Assembly: GCF_964355755.1 (NCBI RefSeq)
Contig: NC_092671.1
Coordinates: 17,112,001-17,176,000, forward strand
Length of the DNA: 64,000 nucleotides
Source of the DNA: Antedon mediterranea
Lineage: Eukaryota; Animalia; Echinodermata
Direction of reading: 5' to 3'
The translations under genes and the position numbers were made by a program. Below, piece after piece: positions 45,995 through 60,535 of the stretch. The notes beneath the pieces are model-generated. The model did no database searches. It saw only the letters and a program-made list of their open reading frames with translations, and had not been told where the DNA came from. Within the stretch, counting starts at the first letter, position 1. The number at the start of each line of letters is the position of its first letter.

Positions 45995-46175
45995 CAGTGG
46001 TACAACAGCTATGTGAGATCTCACTGGCTAAACCCTGGGGCCCCTTGAGCTCTGGGGCCCCAGGGTTTAGCCAGTGAGAGGAGCACGAGGAGCTCAATGC
46101 AATTCCAAAGCATTGGAGGGCCCTCAGGAGTGCTAAACCAGGGGAATTTTTCCCTTGCATTACTGTACACCACTG
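45995..46175. mobile_element. hAT-type MITE (181 bp) with an internal 26-bp perfect hairpin
   Basis: 8-bp TSD ATAACGCT (45987-45994, 46176-46183); termini CAGTGGT...ACCACTG. Confidence 0.85.
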
Positions 46176-46284
46176 ATAACGCTACCTTAACTTAACGCTG
46201 TGAGTGAAACATACCCTTAATTTAATTATTCAATTGAAAAAACTATTATTATTATTAATACTAATAGATGATGGCAAACATACA

Positions 46285-48290
46285 TCATAGACATAGACAT
46301 AGATATACTTTATTGTCACATAATAATTGGAAAATGTGAGACTCAGCTCCCTGTTACATTCGTAATAAAAAACACCATGTAAAATCATCAATACAATTCG
46401 TTATAAGTCAAGTACATTGTAGGCCTATATGTACAGTTAATTAAAAGTAATTATAGTAATTATCTTACAAATTGTTTGTTAAAGAGACGAATTGAATAAA
46501 GGAGTTGTTAAACCTATTTGTTTTTGTCAAAGGATGACGTAGTCTACCAGATCTGCACATAACAAACAAACTATGCAAGGGATGGGCAGAATCAGACATT
46601 ATGACTTTGGCTTTAGCCAACATCAATTCGTTACACATGCTATCTAAGTGCTCAGATTTGGTACCCATAACTTTATCTGCTTTCCTTATAACTCGATAAA
46701 GTTTGTATTTGTTCTTATTGGCGAGGCCGTTATACCAGATACTACAACAGAAAGTCATAACTGATTTAATAACGGAATCATAAAATAATTTCATTATAAC
46801 AGTATTCACCTTAAAACTTCTCATCTTCCTTAGAAAGTAGAGCCGCTTTTTACATTTCACCCTCACAGCGGCGCTATTGCTACTCCAATTTAATTTATCA
46901 TCCACTATTAGTTAACTAGATATTTATGTTCTTTAACCGTTTCGACATAGTCCCTATTTAACAATAACTGCTCATACAGTAGTTCTGAATATTTCTAAAA
47001 TCTTCAATAATTTCCTTTGTTTTTTTATGTACATTTAACTGAAGGAAATTATCTGAGCACCACTTACTAAAAGCATCCACATAAGCCAGATAAGCTGAAG
47101 TATCATTATTTTGGATAAGGCCCACAAGACATGTATCATCAGCAAATTTAACGTGAAAACATTTCCTGTTCTCCATGGACTGTACAAAATCGTTAGCATA
47201 GCATACAAAGAACATAGCAGGAGTGAGAGTGAACAAACTTGAGGTGCACCAGTATTACATAGAAGGGAGGACGATACTTCACCCATAAATTTAACAACTT
47301 GAACTCTATCCTTCAAAAAATCTGCAACCCATACACTTAAAACAGGGTTAACATCCATAGCACATAGCTTATCAATGAGAAGATGAGTTTGAATAGTATT
47401 ATATGCAGACTTAAAATCTAGCATAGCAACCAGATTTGTCCAAATGTTCATGAACTTTATGAGTAAGGGTACCAATAGCATCATCAACCTTCCTGTAAGC
47501 GAATTGAAAAGTATCTAGCAATTCTGAAGTTGAGTCCGTCAATTTAAACTTAATCAGCTTTTCCAAACATTTAATGGGCACTGCAGTCAGAGCAACAGGT
47601 CTGTAGTCATTCAACACAACACCAGCGGTTTTTTAATCTTTGGAATTGGAATAATGTTCGACAGCTTCCATAATTTAGGTACCTTGTGACTATCAATAGA
47701 CTATTGGTATATATATTTGAAAATACACTTAACTCCAGATAACAAGATTTAATGATTCTTCCTGAGATGCCGTCCGGTCCAACTGCTTTATTGGTCTTTA
47801 CACTCTTAAAGATGTTTTCGACGTCACTCTGATCAATTTCGATCCTATCCTCATCCTTAACTTTACTCTTCAAATTATCTACTCTGTCCTGTCTCTCAGC
47901 TGCAAAATTAATATTATCAATCCTAGTGTAAAACGTGTTAGGTTCGTCGACAGAGAAGTCAGTTTTACCATCTATCGCCACAGACTTTGGGTTGTAACCT
48001 GTAATTGATCTCATTCCTTTCCATGTTTTCTTAATATCGCCACTGGAAAAATTCCTTTCAATTTTGTTTGTGTACTCTTTTTTATTATTTGCTATGACCT
48101 CCCTAATTTTTCGCTGAATTTCCTTCTTTGTATAACCGTCCTCCTCACCATGCTTAATTAACGCATATTTCTTGGCAAGTAGCGATCGAAGCTCCCGGGT
48201 GACTCAGGGCTTATTATTAGGGAACATTTTTACATTTTTAACTGGTACAATAGTGTCCTCGCAGAATCGAATATACGCCGACACAGACAT
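46285..48290 (-). mobile_element. 5'-truncated, frameshifted non-LTR retrotransposon (Rex1/Babar-like RT)
   Basis: FPNNKP*VT, KAVGPDGI, NDYRPVALT, QFAYR, DFKSAYNTI, GAPQ, KFADDT, RLYFLRK, HPLH..SGR, TNRFNNSF spread over several ORFs; AATAAA and short simple-repeat tail at ~46290-46315. Confidence 0.9.
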
Positions 48291-48429
48291 ACAGTAACAA
48301 ACTTCACATTGTTATAGTATTAGTACAGTAACAAGATTCATCAAATTACAAATGCTCTAATTTTCAAACTATATTTCAGAATTTGTTTGTTGTAAAATTC
48401 ATCTTTGTACAGAAATAAAAAACTAATTT

Positions 48430-48870
48430 AGGCCTATCTCTAACTAATAAAATAATATAGGCTAGGCTAGGCCTAGGTCTAGTAACAAATATGTAGGCCT
48501 AGGCCTACCACCACCTAAAAAAAGACTCTGATGGATGTCATGCATCTAGCTAGTAGGGCCTAAACTAAGCCTAGGCTACAGTTAGCTCCTTCCTACTAGA
48601 GGCCTAGGCTAGTTAGTAGTAGGGCCTAATGCTAGCTTGCATAGCATATAGTATACCTAGGCCTAGCCTAGTAGGCTAGCTAGGCCTTCTTTTAGCCGGC
48701 ATAGAGGCCTAGTCTAGCTAGTAGGTACTATATAGGCCTAGCCTAGGTAGGGCCGCACGTCCTAGGTAGGCATAGGCCTAGAGCTAGGCCCTAGCCAGGT
48801 CTAGATCCCGGGTCTAGGCCTAGCCTAGGGTTAGGCTAGGCTAGATAGGCTAGCTCTACTCGACTCTAGC
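48430..48870. repeat. TAGGCCTA/CTAG-rich palindromic low-complexity block
   Basis: Dozens of AGGCCT, CCTAGG and GCTAGC hexamers in ~440 bp. Confidence 0.85.
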
Positions 48871-51800
48871 CAACAATCAATAATGACCACCGAGTTCGAA
48901 AGAAGTATGAGTCACAACCATTTTGGTAAATCAGAAGGAACTAAATAAAATATACACTTACTACAGGTGCGAAAATGACAATTTTTTAGAACAAAAATAT
49001 GACAAAAGAGGCAACAGGACGTCGACCCAACATCAAAACAAATCACCATGCGATCTATTGAGAGTAGTATGTTAATCGACCAATCATATCGCTTTAAAAA
49101 GTTTTCAGAACTTACTTGCCAAAACAGAGAGGGTAATTGTCGTCTTAACTAATTTGATTGGTCAATTATTTTGTGTCGTCATCAAATTGTTCTGAATTCG
49201 TTTAAAGTATTAATTGCTACATTGCGTTGATATTAAGATACTAGGCTAACTAACTTTTTTTTTAAGTTTTCGCTTTTTGAGTAAGATATAATGCAGTTGT
49301 AGGTCTAGCAGTCATCTTTCATGCTGCTCTTATATCAATTAGCATTCCAATTTGACTTCTAAGAAGTGAAAAATTAATGTGTATTGTTAATACCATAGTA
49401 AGGACATATGTCTTATAATTTAATCCTGAGAGATGAAAAGATCAAAATATGTCGATAGATTAAAATGACATGAAGTACGTCACCATTACGATGATCATAT
49501 CATTTATGAATATGTAAGTTCATTTTAAATAGTTCATATTAATAAGACAGCGTGAACGTAATTATTAACGACTTTATTTTTAACACATCACTGCAAACAA
49601 CGTGTGTTATAGGTTAGGCCTGTAATAAGTAACGTAAAATATTTTACATATGACGATATAAAGTGAAATATATAAATCCAAAGGCAAATTACTGAAGAAA
49701 TGACAATGCTTTGGGTAAAGTGAAAAATATAAAATATATATACAAATGTGTAGGTACACAAATCTATGACGACTACATAAAATCAACCGACACTAGAATG
49801 ACTAGCATTTTGTTCTAAGTGATCACTAACTACTTTACCGTATACAATCTCAACTTTTCTAATATTAGGAAATGTATTACTGTGTTGTAATTGCTAAACA
49901 AAACGGTAATCCTTTTAAAGTGTACTTGGTATTTTGTCGGGGTTAAAAACCTGACTTAACACACCCCACACAAACTGATTTAGGTACTGACATTTATTTT
50001 AGAATATAAATATAAAATCCAGTCATTCTAAGTTCAGTTCCCAGTATCTGTACTGATTACTGACATCTTGAGTATGCACTTTAAACGATTTCTGCCTATA
50101 GGCCTCATGCTAGAGAAACACCTTAAACAAAAAATGTATATTTTCTACAATACAATACTGTGATCTACTTTATTCACTTGACAATTGATGCTTCTATTAT
50201 GGATTCTAGTAACTTGTCCTTTTTTACTGTTATGTTGCCATTCAATATTCACGTGAGAAAATTACTTAGAGATAGAATTATTATTACTAACAGCGTAAGG
50301 TTTCAGAGTTGATTCTAGCACCCGATTCTCTGTACAGTGACATTATCTGCCAGTATCATTGTCACAATCTTCAGATTACGTAATACAGTCTCACATATAT
50401 CATATGTTGCGCCTGTATTATGTTTATGACCTATGATACAGGTCATATGATACTGTTTTATTTATCATTTATCTATCTGAAACAAATAATAGACAGGCAA
50501 AACGGCTGATCTCCGTGGTTAGACCTATGTTAAATAATCTTAAACAATTACAAGTTTCGGACGCAATTATTATTTTCATTTTCGATGTGTGGGAGGCTCA
50601 AGTAAAACATCCTATTTATCATTACAATATTATTTATTGATATTTACCGCAGTTTTCTAGGCCTAATCACGGTACTTAAAGTAACGCCTCTGCAACACCA
50701 CATTCCTCTGGGCATACCAGAAAATCATATAAAACTGATTTTGAAATCACTAGCTATTAATACAGTACACTAATAAAATAATAATACTCATTTCAACGCA
50801 TAACTCACTCCAGTAAGTTTATGCATTTTACGACATTTGCATCAATTTTTTTATGTGGAATATTTGATTGACGAGGCTGATAGAAAGATTAGCGGTTATT
50901 AAGGTTCACAGAAGTTCTACGCCCGTTATCGATTTGTATTACCCGGAAAATGCGAAAAGCCTCGGCGGCAAAAACCACTATAAAATTCATTTAAATATTT
51001 AATCAAACACCAGGGATATATTATCCACTAAATTCAGTCTAGACTAATGTTTTGTAGTTGATTCAACAATATGTCTCACCTCTCTCTTAAGACGATATAT
51101 TTGTAAAATCAAGGTGTAGCTATTTATGCCATTTTTTGTTTAAATATTAAAGTAAAAAAGGTGAAACAATGTATTTTGCTTTAAAGAAATAAATCGTGCC
51201 ATCGACGCCCAAAATAGAGTTCATTTTTTGCACGATAGCAGAATAATCTTTGGTGCTGAGGTATGTGTAAATAATGGCATAATGTGATTTGTGTGTTGTA
51301 ACTTTAAAATTAAGATTATAAAAAAAAGTTATATAAATTTCAACCTAAAAGAAACGAAAAAAAAAGCCAGTTTAATATTAATTAAAATATCCGTAAAATG
51401 CAAAATATAGCCTATGTCAATCTGTTTGTTGTTAAATTTGTTATACAGATATCTTTGATATAACACAAATATTAAGTAATAATTAGTATTGTTATTAAAT
51501 ATCGATTTTGGGAGAAACGATGAATGTTTACATATTCAATATTCCTATCATTATCACACCACCTATCATCAACCATTAATCAAACGCTAATGCCGAATAT
51601 GCATATTTCGCTGTTTTTAAATTACCCTCTTAAAATCGACCTATTTTTTCATGTGGCAAGTGAGAGCTCTCCACTTGCGATTGTAAAAAAACGTTATTCA
51701 ATAAAATTATCATCGGCTAATACTTAGCTTCAGAAAGCATGTAATTCTCTTTCAAATACAGTACAATGCCGATGACGGATTACGGTATATGATCAACGTT

Positions 51801-52884
51801 GCAAATAGTGTTGATCTAAAATGCGATGATGCTGTTAAGAAATCAGTTGTGTGGCTTCTTTACATATTATTTAGGGTCAGCGTCGTAGAATGGAGGAATC
51901 AAGGAATTCAAAATAGAAAGGACTCGTATATAATAATGACCTTTAACACAATTTGATTCGATGCCAAAAGATTTATTTTATCGTACTTCATAATACATAT
52001 AAGGTAAGGCACACAGAAATGACACTATAACGATGTTAAACGAAGATACACTAAATAGCGTAGGCCTAACAGAAGTATCAGACGGAAATCAAGAAGACGC
52101 GGCGCTTATTCAATCAACAGCGACGTAATGTCGTTGACGGCAGCGTATAAAAACTGTGTCAGGATTTGCTCGGCGGAGAAAGCACACTGCGAACAGTCGG
52201 ATAGAAAAGATTGGTTCCCACTAGGACAGAAATCAATGACGTAAGCAAACAAGTAATCCATCGCTCGTGATAGGTCAATACTTGTGTCACGCTACGTCTT
52301 GCGTTGCGTCCAGTGGGAACCAAGCTTAAGACTTTCGACACCATTCAGATATCCTCCGAATAGGTATTTAGTCCTTATAGTGCTAAACATAATGATATTT
52401 GTCCTCTCTTAAAATGAATAGGTGTCACAAATAACCTTGGGTTCTTTGTTGATGTGTTATGTTTGTTCAAACCATGACCAACATTAACATGGTTTATCAA
52501 TTTGATTAATTACGTCAAACGATGCCGTATTGCACAATATTGGATATTTATACTTACAAAAATAACGTCTTATTGTGATTAATATTTTAATGCTTTATAA
52601 CAGCAGGAAGATGAATAATTCATTGGTTATGTAAATTATTTAAAAACGTAACACGCATTGAATCATTCATTACCGTAACTTATACAAAAATAGTACAATA
52701 GATCTCACATAAATAAAATAACCCTTATTTAAGAATAATTTGAAACAGTTTCGCGGTTTCTAAATTAATATTTCATTTAATTTCATCTTTTATTTCGGAA
52801 AAAAAAGAATACAGAGTACAAAATTCTCCATAACTCAAGAACAAATTACAAGTGTCTACATTATTATAAATATTAAGACAAATA

Positions 52885-53175
52885 TCAAGTCAAGTCAAGT
52901 ATCATTTATTGTCATTTGAAAAAAAACAACATAGAAATTCTGTTTGCTCTGTTGGCGGAGCACAATATCCAACGGACACAGTACGAACTCTAAACAAAAA
53001 CATTACAAAAAGTGTCTAATAGCTCCTGGAAAGAAACTATTTGTAAATCGTGCCTTATTGGCCTTAATAGAACGAAATCGCCGACCGCTGCTCATCAACT
53101 GGAGCATAGAGGCCGGATGAAATTGATCATCTTTGATAGCCACTGCCTTTTTTAGAAGACGATCCGAAAAAATGT
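52885..53175 (-). mobile_element. 3' fragment of a second Rex1/Babar-like LINE
   Basis: Minus translation [48 protein letters not shown]; AATAAA and (ACTTG)n tail. Confidence 0.75.
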
Positions 53176-53193
53176 TCTATACATACATATATA

Positions 53194-53799
<606 letters not shown>

Positions 53800-54349
53800 C
53801 CGACGCCATATAGACGCGTGGTTAATACAATAACTTCATCCATCTAACATGTAGATTGGAAGATGAAATAGCACAATCATAAATGCATTTCGTAACCATA
53901 TTGCCTGTCCTCCCCAACCTGCACCACATGCCATACACCACTTTACGCTGTAGTTAGAATGAGTAAATGTGGTTTTCTACGAACATGGTGCTGGCACTGC
54001 ATGACCTATAGGTTTATTAGATTCACTGTTGGTAAACCCTCTCCGGTTATAGTAGAAATTAATATAGGAAAGTACAACATGAAAGGACAAACTTACGATT
54101 GATCATTCATTTTGTTTTGTAATAGTTTTATTCTTGGAATTGAGTTATTTTAAGTTCAATGGGAAAGTAATCATATAAATATATTTTATTGATCTTGACA
54201 TTTATACAAAATTAAAACATCGTATAAAATTAAATAATTTAAACTTAGCCTATAATCTAATAACCGTATGTTAGTTACTATATTTATGTTTTACTGTTTT
54301 GACATTTTAAAGAAACAATCTGGAAAACATTAATATGCTAATAATATAT

Positions 54350-54562
54350 TTTTCTGGCTTTTGATTTGATTTAGCTTTATGCGTATTTGATTTTGTACCT
54401 CCATTGAGATCCAGCCACTGATACCCACAGCATTGTCATTTTGTACCTCCATTGAGATCCAGCCACTGATACCCACAGCATTGTCATTTTGTACCTCCAT
54501 TGAGATCCAGCCACTGATACCCACAGCATAGTCATTTTGTCAGTAATTTGCCTTTGGGTTAT
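54350..54562 (+). mobile_element. Partial copy of the same element with 3 tandem 48-bp internal units, hammerhead end missing
   Basis: ATTTTGTACCTCCATTGAGATCCAGCCACTGATACCCACAGCATTGTC x3, then CAGTAATTTGCCTTTGG. Confidence 0.75.
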
Positions 54563-56003
54563 CTGATATATAACATATATTTAGAATCTTTAAATCATCT
54601 TAATCCATTATTAATTATTATTAAATTAATATTTATTCAAATTATTATTATGAATGTAATTATCTTAATATCTTGGTGGTGGATATACATACATTTTCTT
54701 TAAATAATATTAATAACTAACTATGATTTTAAATTATAATTATGATCAACTATGTTTAAATTTAAATAATTAAAGATTTATACTGGTTTATAAAAATCAA
54801 AAATTGAAAATTGTGTACTGATGAAATAAAGCAGAAAACCGTAAATTATCATTTAAATCATCATATATAGGCCTACAGTATAACCGGTAAAGAATATATT
54901 CATAAAAACAAACCAAATTTAATTCTTATTGATTTGTGGATTAATTTATTTCATACTGGCTATTGTATTCGATTAAATAATCATAAGGAAAACATTAGCA
55001 GTTGTGTGCAAAAGAATGTTATATTGCGCTTTATAGTCTACACTATCAAACTAGTATGTGTGATGTGCCCAAATATGGTAGTAATATGCTTAAATATGGT
55101 AGTGCTATGAAATCATCATGTCCATATATGGGCATACAATTTTGATAGTGTAGTCAGAGCTTAAAGATGTCCCGATTGTACTGCGACACTGTTCATATCG
55201 ACATTGCTGCCGAAAACAAAGAATAAAGAAATTTTAATGAAAACTTGACTGCTCATGCAAATGTGCTACCGTAAGTCTAGTAGGCTGCAGGTAGTATGTT
55301 TAATGTTGTTTTTAACATTCGTACATTCATTTGTATTGAGCATAAATTTAATTTGAGATGCACGAAAACATTGTCGAACTACACGAGCGGAAATTGAAGA
55401 CAATTACAGAAACGTGAGCATTATTGAATACAAAAAGACACATAACACTATTAATAAAGAGTAAAGAATGATAAATATATCAGTGTCGTTTTCAGCTTAT
55501 AAAATATACCGAAAGACTTTGTCATTCGGAGCGCGTTTCATGCATTCTATTTTTTAACCATGTTCTGACGTCAAAAAATCGTGATCTTCTTAAAACATTA
55601 TGATAAGATTAGAAGGTAAGCGTCTCTCATGTTTAATATATTTTATATACGTTTTACATAAGTTTAATAATATCTTTTTTTATATTTCATGACATTGTAT
55701 GTAAGAAGAAACTAGCAACAATGAATAAAGGAACATTATACAGTAAAATTAACAGCAATATGCTCGGTTCCCAGGACGCAACCGCAAGCGAGTTGACCAA
55801 TGACAAGTAGGCCTACGAGTAATACATCGTTTGTGATTTGTTATATAGTAATTACTTGCGCTGCGCTTACATCCATGCGTCCTAGTGAGAACCAAGCTTT
55901 AGAAAGAGATTTTACAAAAGTACAGCAAGAAATCTACTCTCTTTACAATAATCATTAAATAATATATAATGGTTAGTTGTCTAATAATTTTGATGATGCA
56001 TAA

Positions 56004-56128
56004 AGTCCAGTTTACACAGACGAGCGGTAACGGTTAATAGAAATATAGAATCTATGTTGTTTCTTATTACCATTTCAAGCTACGTGGTTTTCCTCTTAAT
56101 GTTACCGCTCGTCTGTGTAAATTGGTCT
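56004..56128. mobile_element. 125-bp MITE with 28-bp TIRs and TAA TSD (Harbinger-like)
   Basis: TAA|AGTCCAGTTTACACAGACGAGCGGTAAC ... GTTACCGCTCGTCTGTGTAAATTGGTCT|TAA. Confidence 0.8.
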
Positions 56129-58150
56129 TAAAAGTACTGTTTTTAATTGAAGAAAACAATTGATTTTTTTCTGACATAATTATTTTTATGTAAATTTTTT
56201 TAATCATTTGGATGTAAAACTGAACTCGAATTTTAATCTAGTAAAAAAAACACGGGAGCTATATACTGCATGTCTATGTAATTTATTATTTGATTAGAAT
56301 CAGAATTAACAGTGACGCATTAGTATAAAAATCCATATTTATAAGTTTATTAAATATAAAGAGAATTTTTAAAATATCGTATAAATGATTGATCTATAGC
56401 GCATAATTAAATTAGCACTATATGCGCATAATATATCAGGTACCGTAGTCCAAGCGCACGTTTAAATTCAGTGTATAATCGGATAAGCGCACATCATAAT
56501 ATTATCTTAAAGATGGGCGTAAACAATTCCAATAATTCTAGAGCGTAAACTATTTAAGTGAGCAGAGTTAAACAATGATGATTATTGTATAATGCAATTT
56601 GGCGCAAAATCTCCGAAAGAACACAATATTGAAAGATTAATATCGTAGATAAAACAGAAAGACGGAAATTTACATTTTAATAGCGAAGAATTAACGTTTC
56701 CATTAACGAAGACGTAAACTTTCAGGGCAGGTAATATACAATTTATTGTGATGACTTCAGAACAACATCTTGTTTTGACAAGTATTGCAGAATTGCAGAA
56801 TAATATGATTATTCGACCTTGTTTACACGGGTATTGATACTTGCTTTTCAATATGTACCATGCCATTTGTACTGCTTTGTGAACTGCTTTCTACGCCGTT
56901 TCAAAAGTTCTAAAAGAGTGAACCATTATTATTACCACCCCATTATGATATTGTTTCTGAATAATCATAATAGCGACCGTACCCCAACATTATTTCTGTA
57001 TGACGTTACGTATTTGGAATAGAATTTATCTTCTGTAGCCTACCAACTGCCCTCTTCTTCTCTTCTCTTCTCTTGTCCGGTTCCAAAAACTGTCGATGCC
57101 CTTGTGTGTACACTACTCAACGCCGTCATCACTCCTGTTACCATCGACCTTCATGGACATTAAACAACGTAAGATCCTTGTTATAACAATTATAAAGCTT
57201 TATTTTTACCCGTCCATCTTATATCACTCGACTTGTTCCACGATACGTTCCATCTCGTCGCCTTCACTCCTCTGACGAACTTTGAACTGAATCATTCAAT
57301 TCAATTCAATTCAATTTACTTTCCACATACTACAACTACTACAACCTAGTACATAGAGGATGCATATTTTAAGATCTGTGCAGAGTATCTTTAAGCTAAT
57401 AAGCAACCTTAGAAAATAATAATAATTACAATAAACATAAAAGCAGTGAATAAATAAGCAAATAAATAAATAAATAAATAAGGCAGTATACAAATATGTA
57501 TTGTATGATATATAATAAATAAGCAAACTATCTGTTCCCTTTTTCCGGATTAAAGCTTACGACGGACGCTCCTTTTCCTCTCTTTGGAACGGACCCCCTC
57601 CTTTTGTAAACATTTCATCCACGGTTGACTCATTTAAGATTTATTTAAAAATTTTAAAATATAATGCGCCTTTGATCATTTGTTTTGAATTGGCGCTATA
57701 TAAATGTTTATCATCATTATTGATTATTAAGAACTCAAAAGTATGGTGTTTCTTTGACTTCAGCAAATTATTGTTTTATATTAATTTTATATCTACTGCA
57801 AAGCAGGTTTGCGTCAGTGAGTTAACAGTTACGTCAGAATAGGAAAAAACATCTGACCAATTAATTTGTTTGTATTGTGGTTTTTTTCTCTTTTGTCGTA
57901 TCAAGTATTCATCACATTTGTAGTTATCAATACACATAATATAAATAATACTGTAGGTTTAGGTCTGATTTAATAAACATTGGTTTTATGTGAAACGCCA
58001 TTTTAACGATAATCTTGGCAGGAGTGAGTCATAGATTTAAAAGAGGTGGGCTTAAGATCGGTAATAATTGTTCATACCGACTTCATCATTCATATCCCTG
58101 TATAGAAACACAATCACAATAATTATATTATATTTAAATATATATATATT

Positions 58151-58320
58151 CACTTGCACTGATGAAGGGCTAGTGTTGCCCGAAAGCTCTGATAATTTTT
58201 CTGGCTGTTTTATTTTATTGTTTTGATTTAGCTTTTCGCTTTTTTTTTGTATCTCTATTGAGATCCAGCAACTGATACCCACAGCATTGTCATTTTTTAG
58301 TAATTTGCCTTTGGATTTAT
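58151..58320 (+). mobile_element. Hammerhead-bearing short dispersed element, full copy inside a short (TA)n
   Basis: Reverse complement of the 53.2-kb copy; tatatata on both flanks. Confidence 0.8.
58152..58195 (+). ncRNA. Minimal type I hammerhead ribozyme motif
   Basis: ACUUGCA-CUGAUGA-A-GGGC-UAGUGUU-GCCC-GAAA-GC-UC-UGAUAA; predicted cleavage after C58189; stem I partly mismatched. Confidence 0.75.
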
Positions 58321-60535
58321 ATATATATTTATATATATAAACACATCAGGCAATGAACATTAATTCTAAACCGCCCATATATATAAACAATAATTTAACC
58401 TCATTGTGCTGTTTTAATTGATTTAAACCATGTTTCAATGAGATAATCATATACTGTAATGATATAATATTTAGTACATGTTATTAGCCTAAATCATACT
58501 CTTAAACCATTTATAGTATATACAGTGAGACAAAACAGAACGATAACGCTATACGAATCAACGCATTATACAACACATTTTGTCAGACTCACCACCTGCC
58601 TAAACTCTCAGTCCACCTGCCGAAAATGCTTTTCTGAACCGATAATCAATTGTAATGTTCTTACATTGAAAGCATTGATTTATGTTGAAGCTAACATATG
58701 TTTACTAAAGATATGAATGCATTTAATAATTCTTACAGCTTATTCCAATACGATTTATATCAGATTTAAAAGAAACACCTTGTGGAAAATTGTATGTTGT
58801 TGGGCGCTGCTGTGATAAGTAAACGTTTACGAATGGTAGTAAGTAATGGAATGTTTGTTTTTATATTCAATATCTTCTTTTGTGACCTGTTCTACTGTGT
58901 GAACTTTGATAATTGAAAAATTGAGGTATTGAAAACTAACACACAAATGTTTTAAATTCTGTAGGCCTTGTATTTATGCAACTTTCTGGCCTTTGGCTTT
59001 TACAAAATGTAGCCCTATACAATGTTATTTATGTCCCGAAGATTATCCAAGCAGTGAAACCGTTACACAAAAAAAACCGTTAAAAGTCCTCTATTCATAT
59101 TTTTATTTCAGCATCACAGTGCAAGATTCTAACGTCAGATGTAACATTATTATTACGTTATATCTTCGCGTTCCTATTACAACCTATTTCTAATACATAC
59201 ACGTGTTTTAAATGCAAATTCTTATATTATTAAGTCACCTCTGACACGTCTTCTAATGACTTATCGATCACTCTACCTTCACAAATATGAATTTTACATT
59301 ACAGCATGATGGAAATCAAATACTTTAAGCCGACCCGCCAGACATACATTCATGCATATTGCAAATAGAAATTAAAACGTCTCCATATTGAAAACAAATT
59401 AAAACATTTCCATATATTGGAGAAATTAAAACGTCTTCAGATTTGAGAGAAATTAAAACTTCGTATTATTATGTGAACGTCTCCTTGTTGTTGACAGAGT
59501 GGTATAATACTGTCTATTCTCATACCATCTTCTAATAATATCCATCTGTTTAGTAATTTTTTTTCCGATTATTATTGAGGAAGATTATTCTAATGACTAT
59601 GTAATCGGTGATATTTTTATATTTAGCTTTATAAAATACGGTATAATAACAATTTAGATATAGGCCTATCGACCAAATGTAATATTAATCATAATTTAGT
59701 AGTTTACTTTTGTCTACAATTCGGCCAAAGTGTATTGCAGAGGTTATAGGATACTTCAGCAACTTTGCATTTTAAGGCCTCTCTTATACATTTACAACTC
59801 ACCCTTAAATACTTAACATGCTTGATAATTGCAAAATATTTTAACTTTATTATACTTTATAGAAATAGCATTTATAGTAATTAAATTAGATGGCGGACTG
59901 CTACCTTCAAAAAGCTCTTAACATTTTATAGATTAATATTATAATAGATTATTATTCAATACGAGTAACAAATTGACAGTAATTGAGGGCCCGAGAATCG
60001 AGTCCCCTCACCATGACAACCATTCAACAATCATTAACCACTAACTAGTTTTCTGGCATTCATACACGGTTACGTTGTTGCCAAGCAACAAAGATGATGT
60101 CACACGTGCTCATATGTTAAGATGGGAACAAAGGAGTAATATGAAAAGACTAAACATTGAATATGTGTATACATTTGATAGATAGTTATGATTCTAAGAA
60201 TTGTACAAACGAATTTGTATGTAATATAATAATCCTACAACTCAGTTGTTATCCGTATTATTATGTTTCATGTTTCATTTTATGAAAAATAAATATTGAT
60301 AATAATAATAAAATTAATATAAATGTAAGTTATACTCATTATACATTACCATACTGACGATAGTAATAGATGATAATAGGAGCAATATGTTCATCCATGG
60401 TATAAAACCTTATAATAACAATAGCCCATTCAGGTCAGTACCTTTCCCGGGTAAATAATTAAAGCCTGAATACTGGTGCTGTGATAACCGGTGTGGTGAT
60501 GACTATCGTATAGAAGAGGAAGATAGGATATAAAT

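Noticed and set aside
46465-48014. Intact or domesticated reverse transcriptase gene
   Set aside because: Split by several frameshifts and a stop (FPNNKP*), endonuclease missing; a dead 5'-truncated LINE
51185-51260. Minus-strand peptide ...AIVQKMNSILGVDGT as a divergent PAS-cap exon
   Set aside because: No APQNTF core and no donor after DGT; chance resemblance
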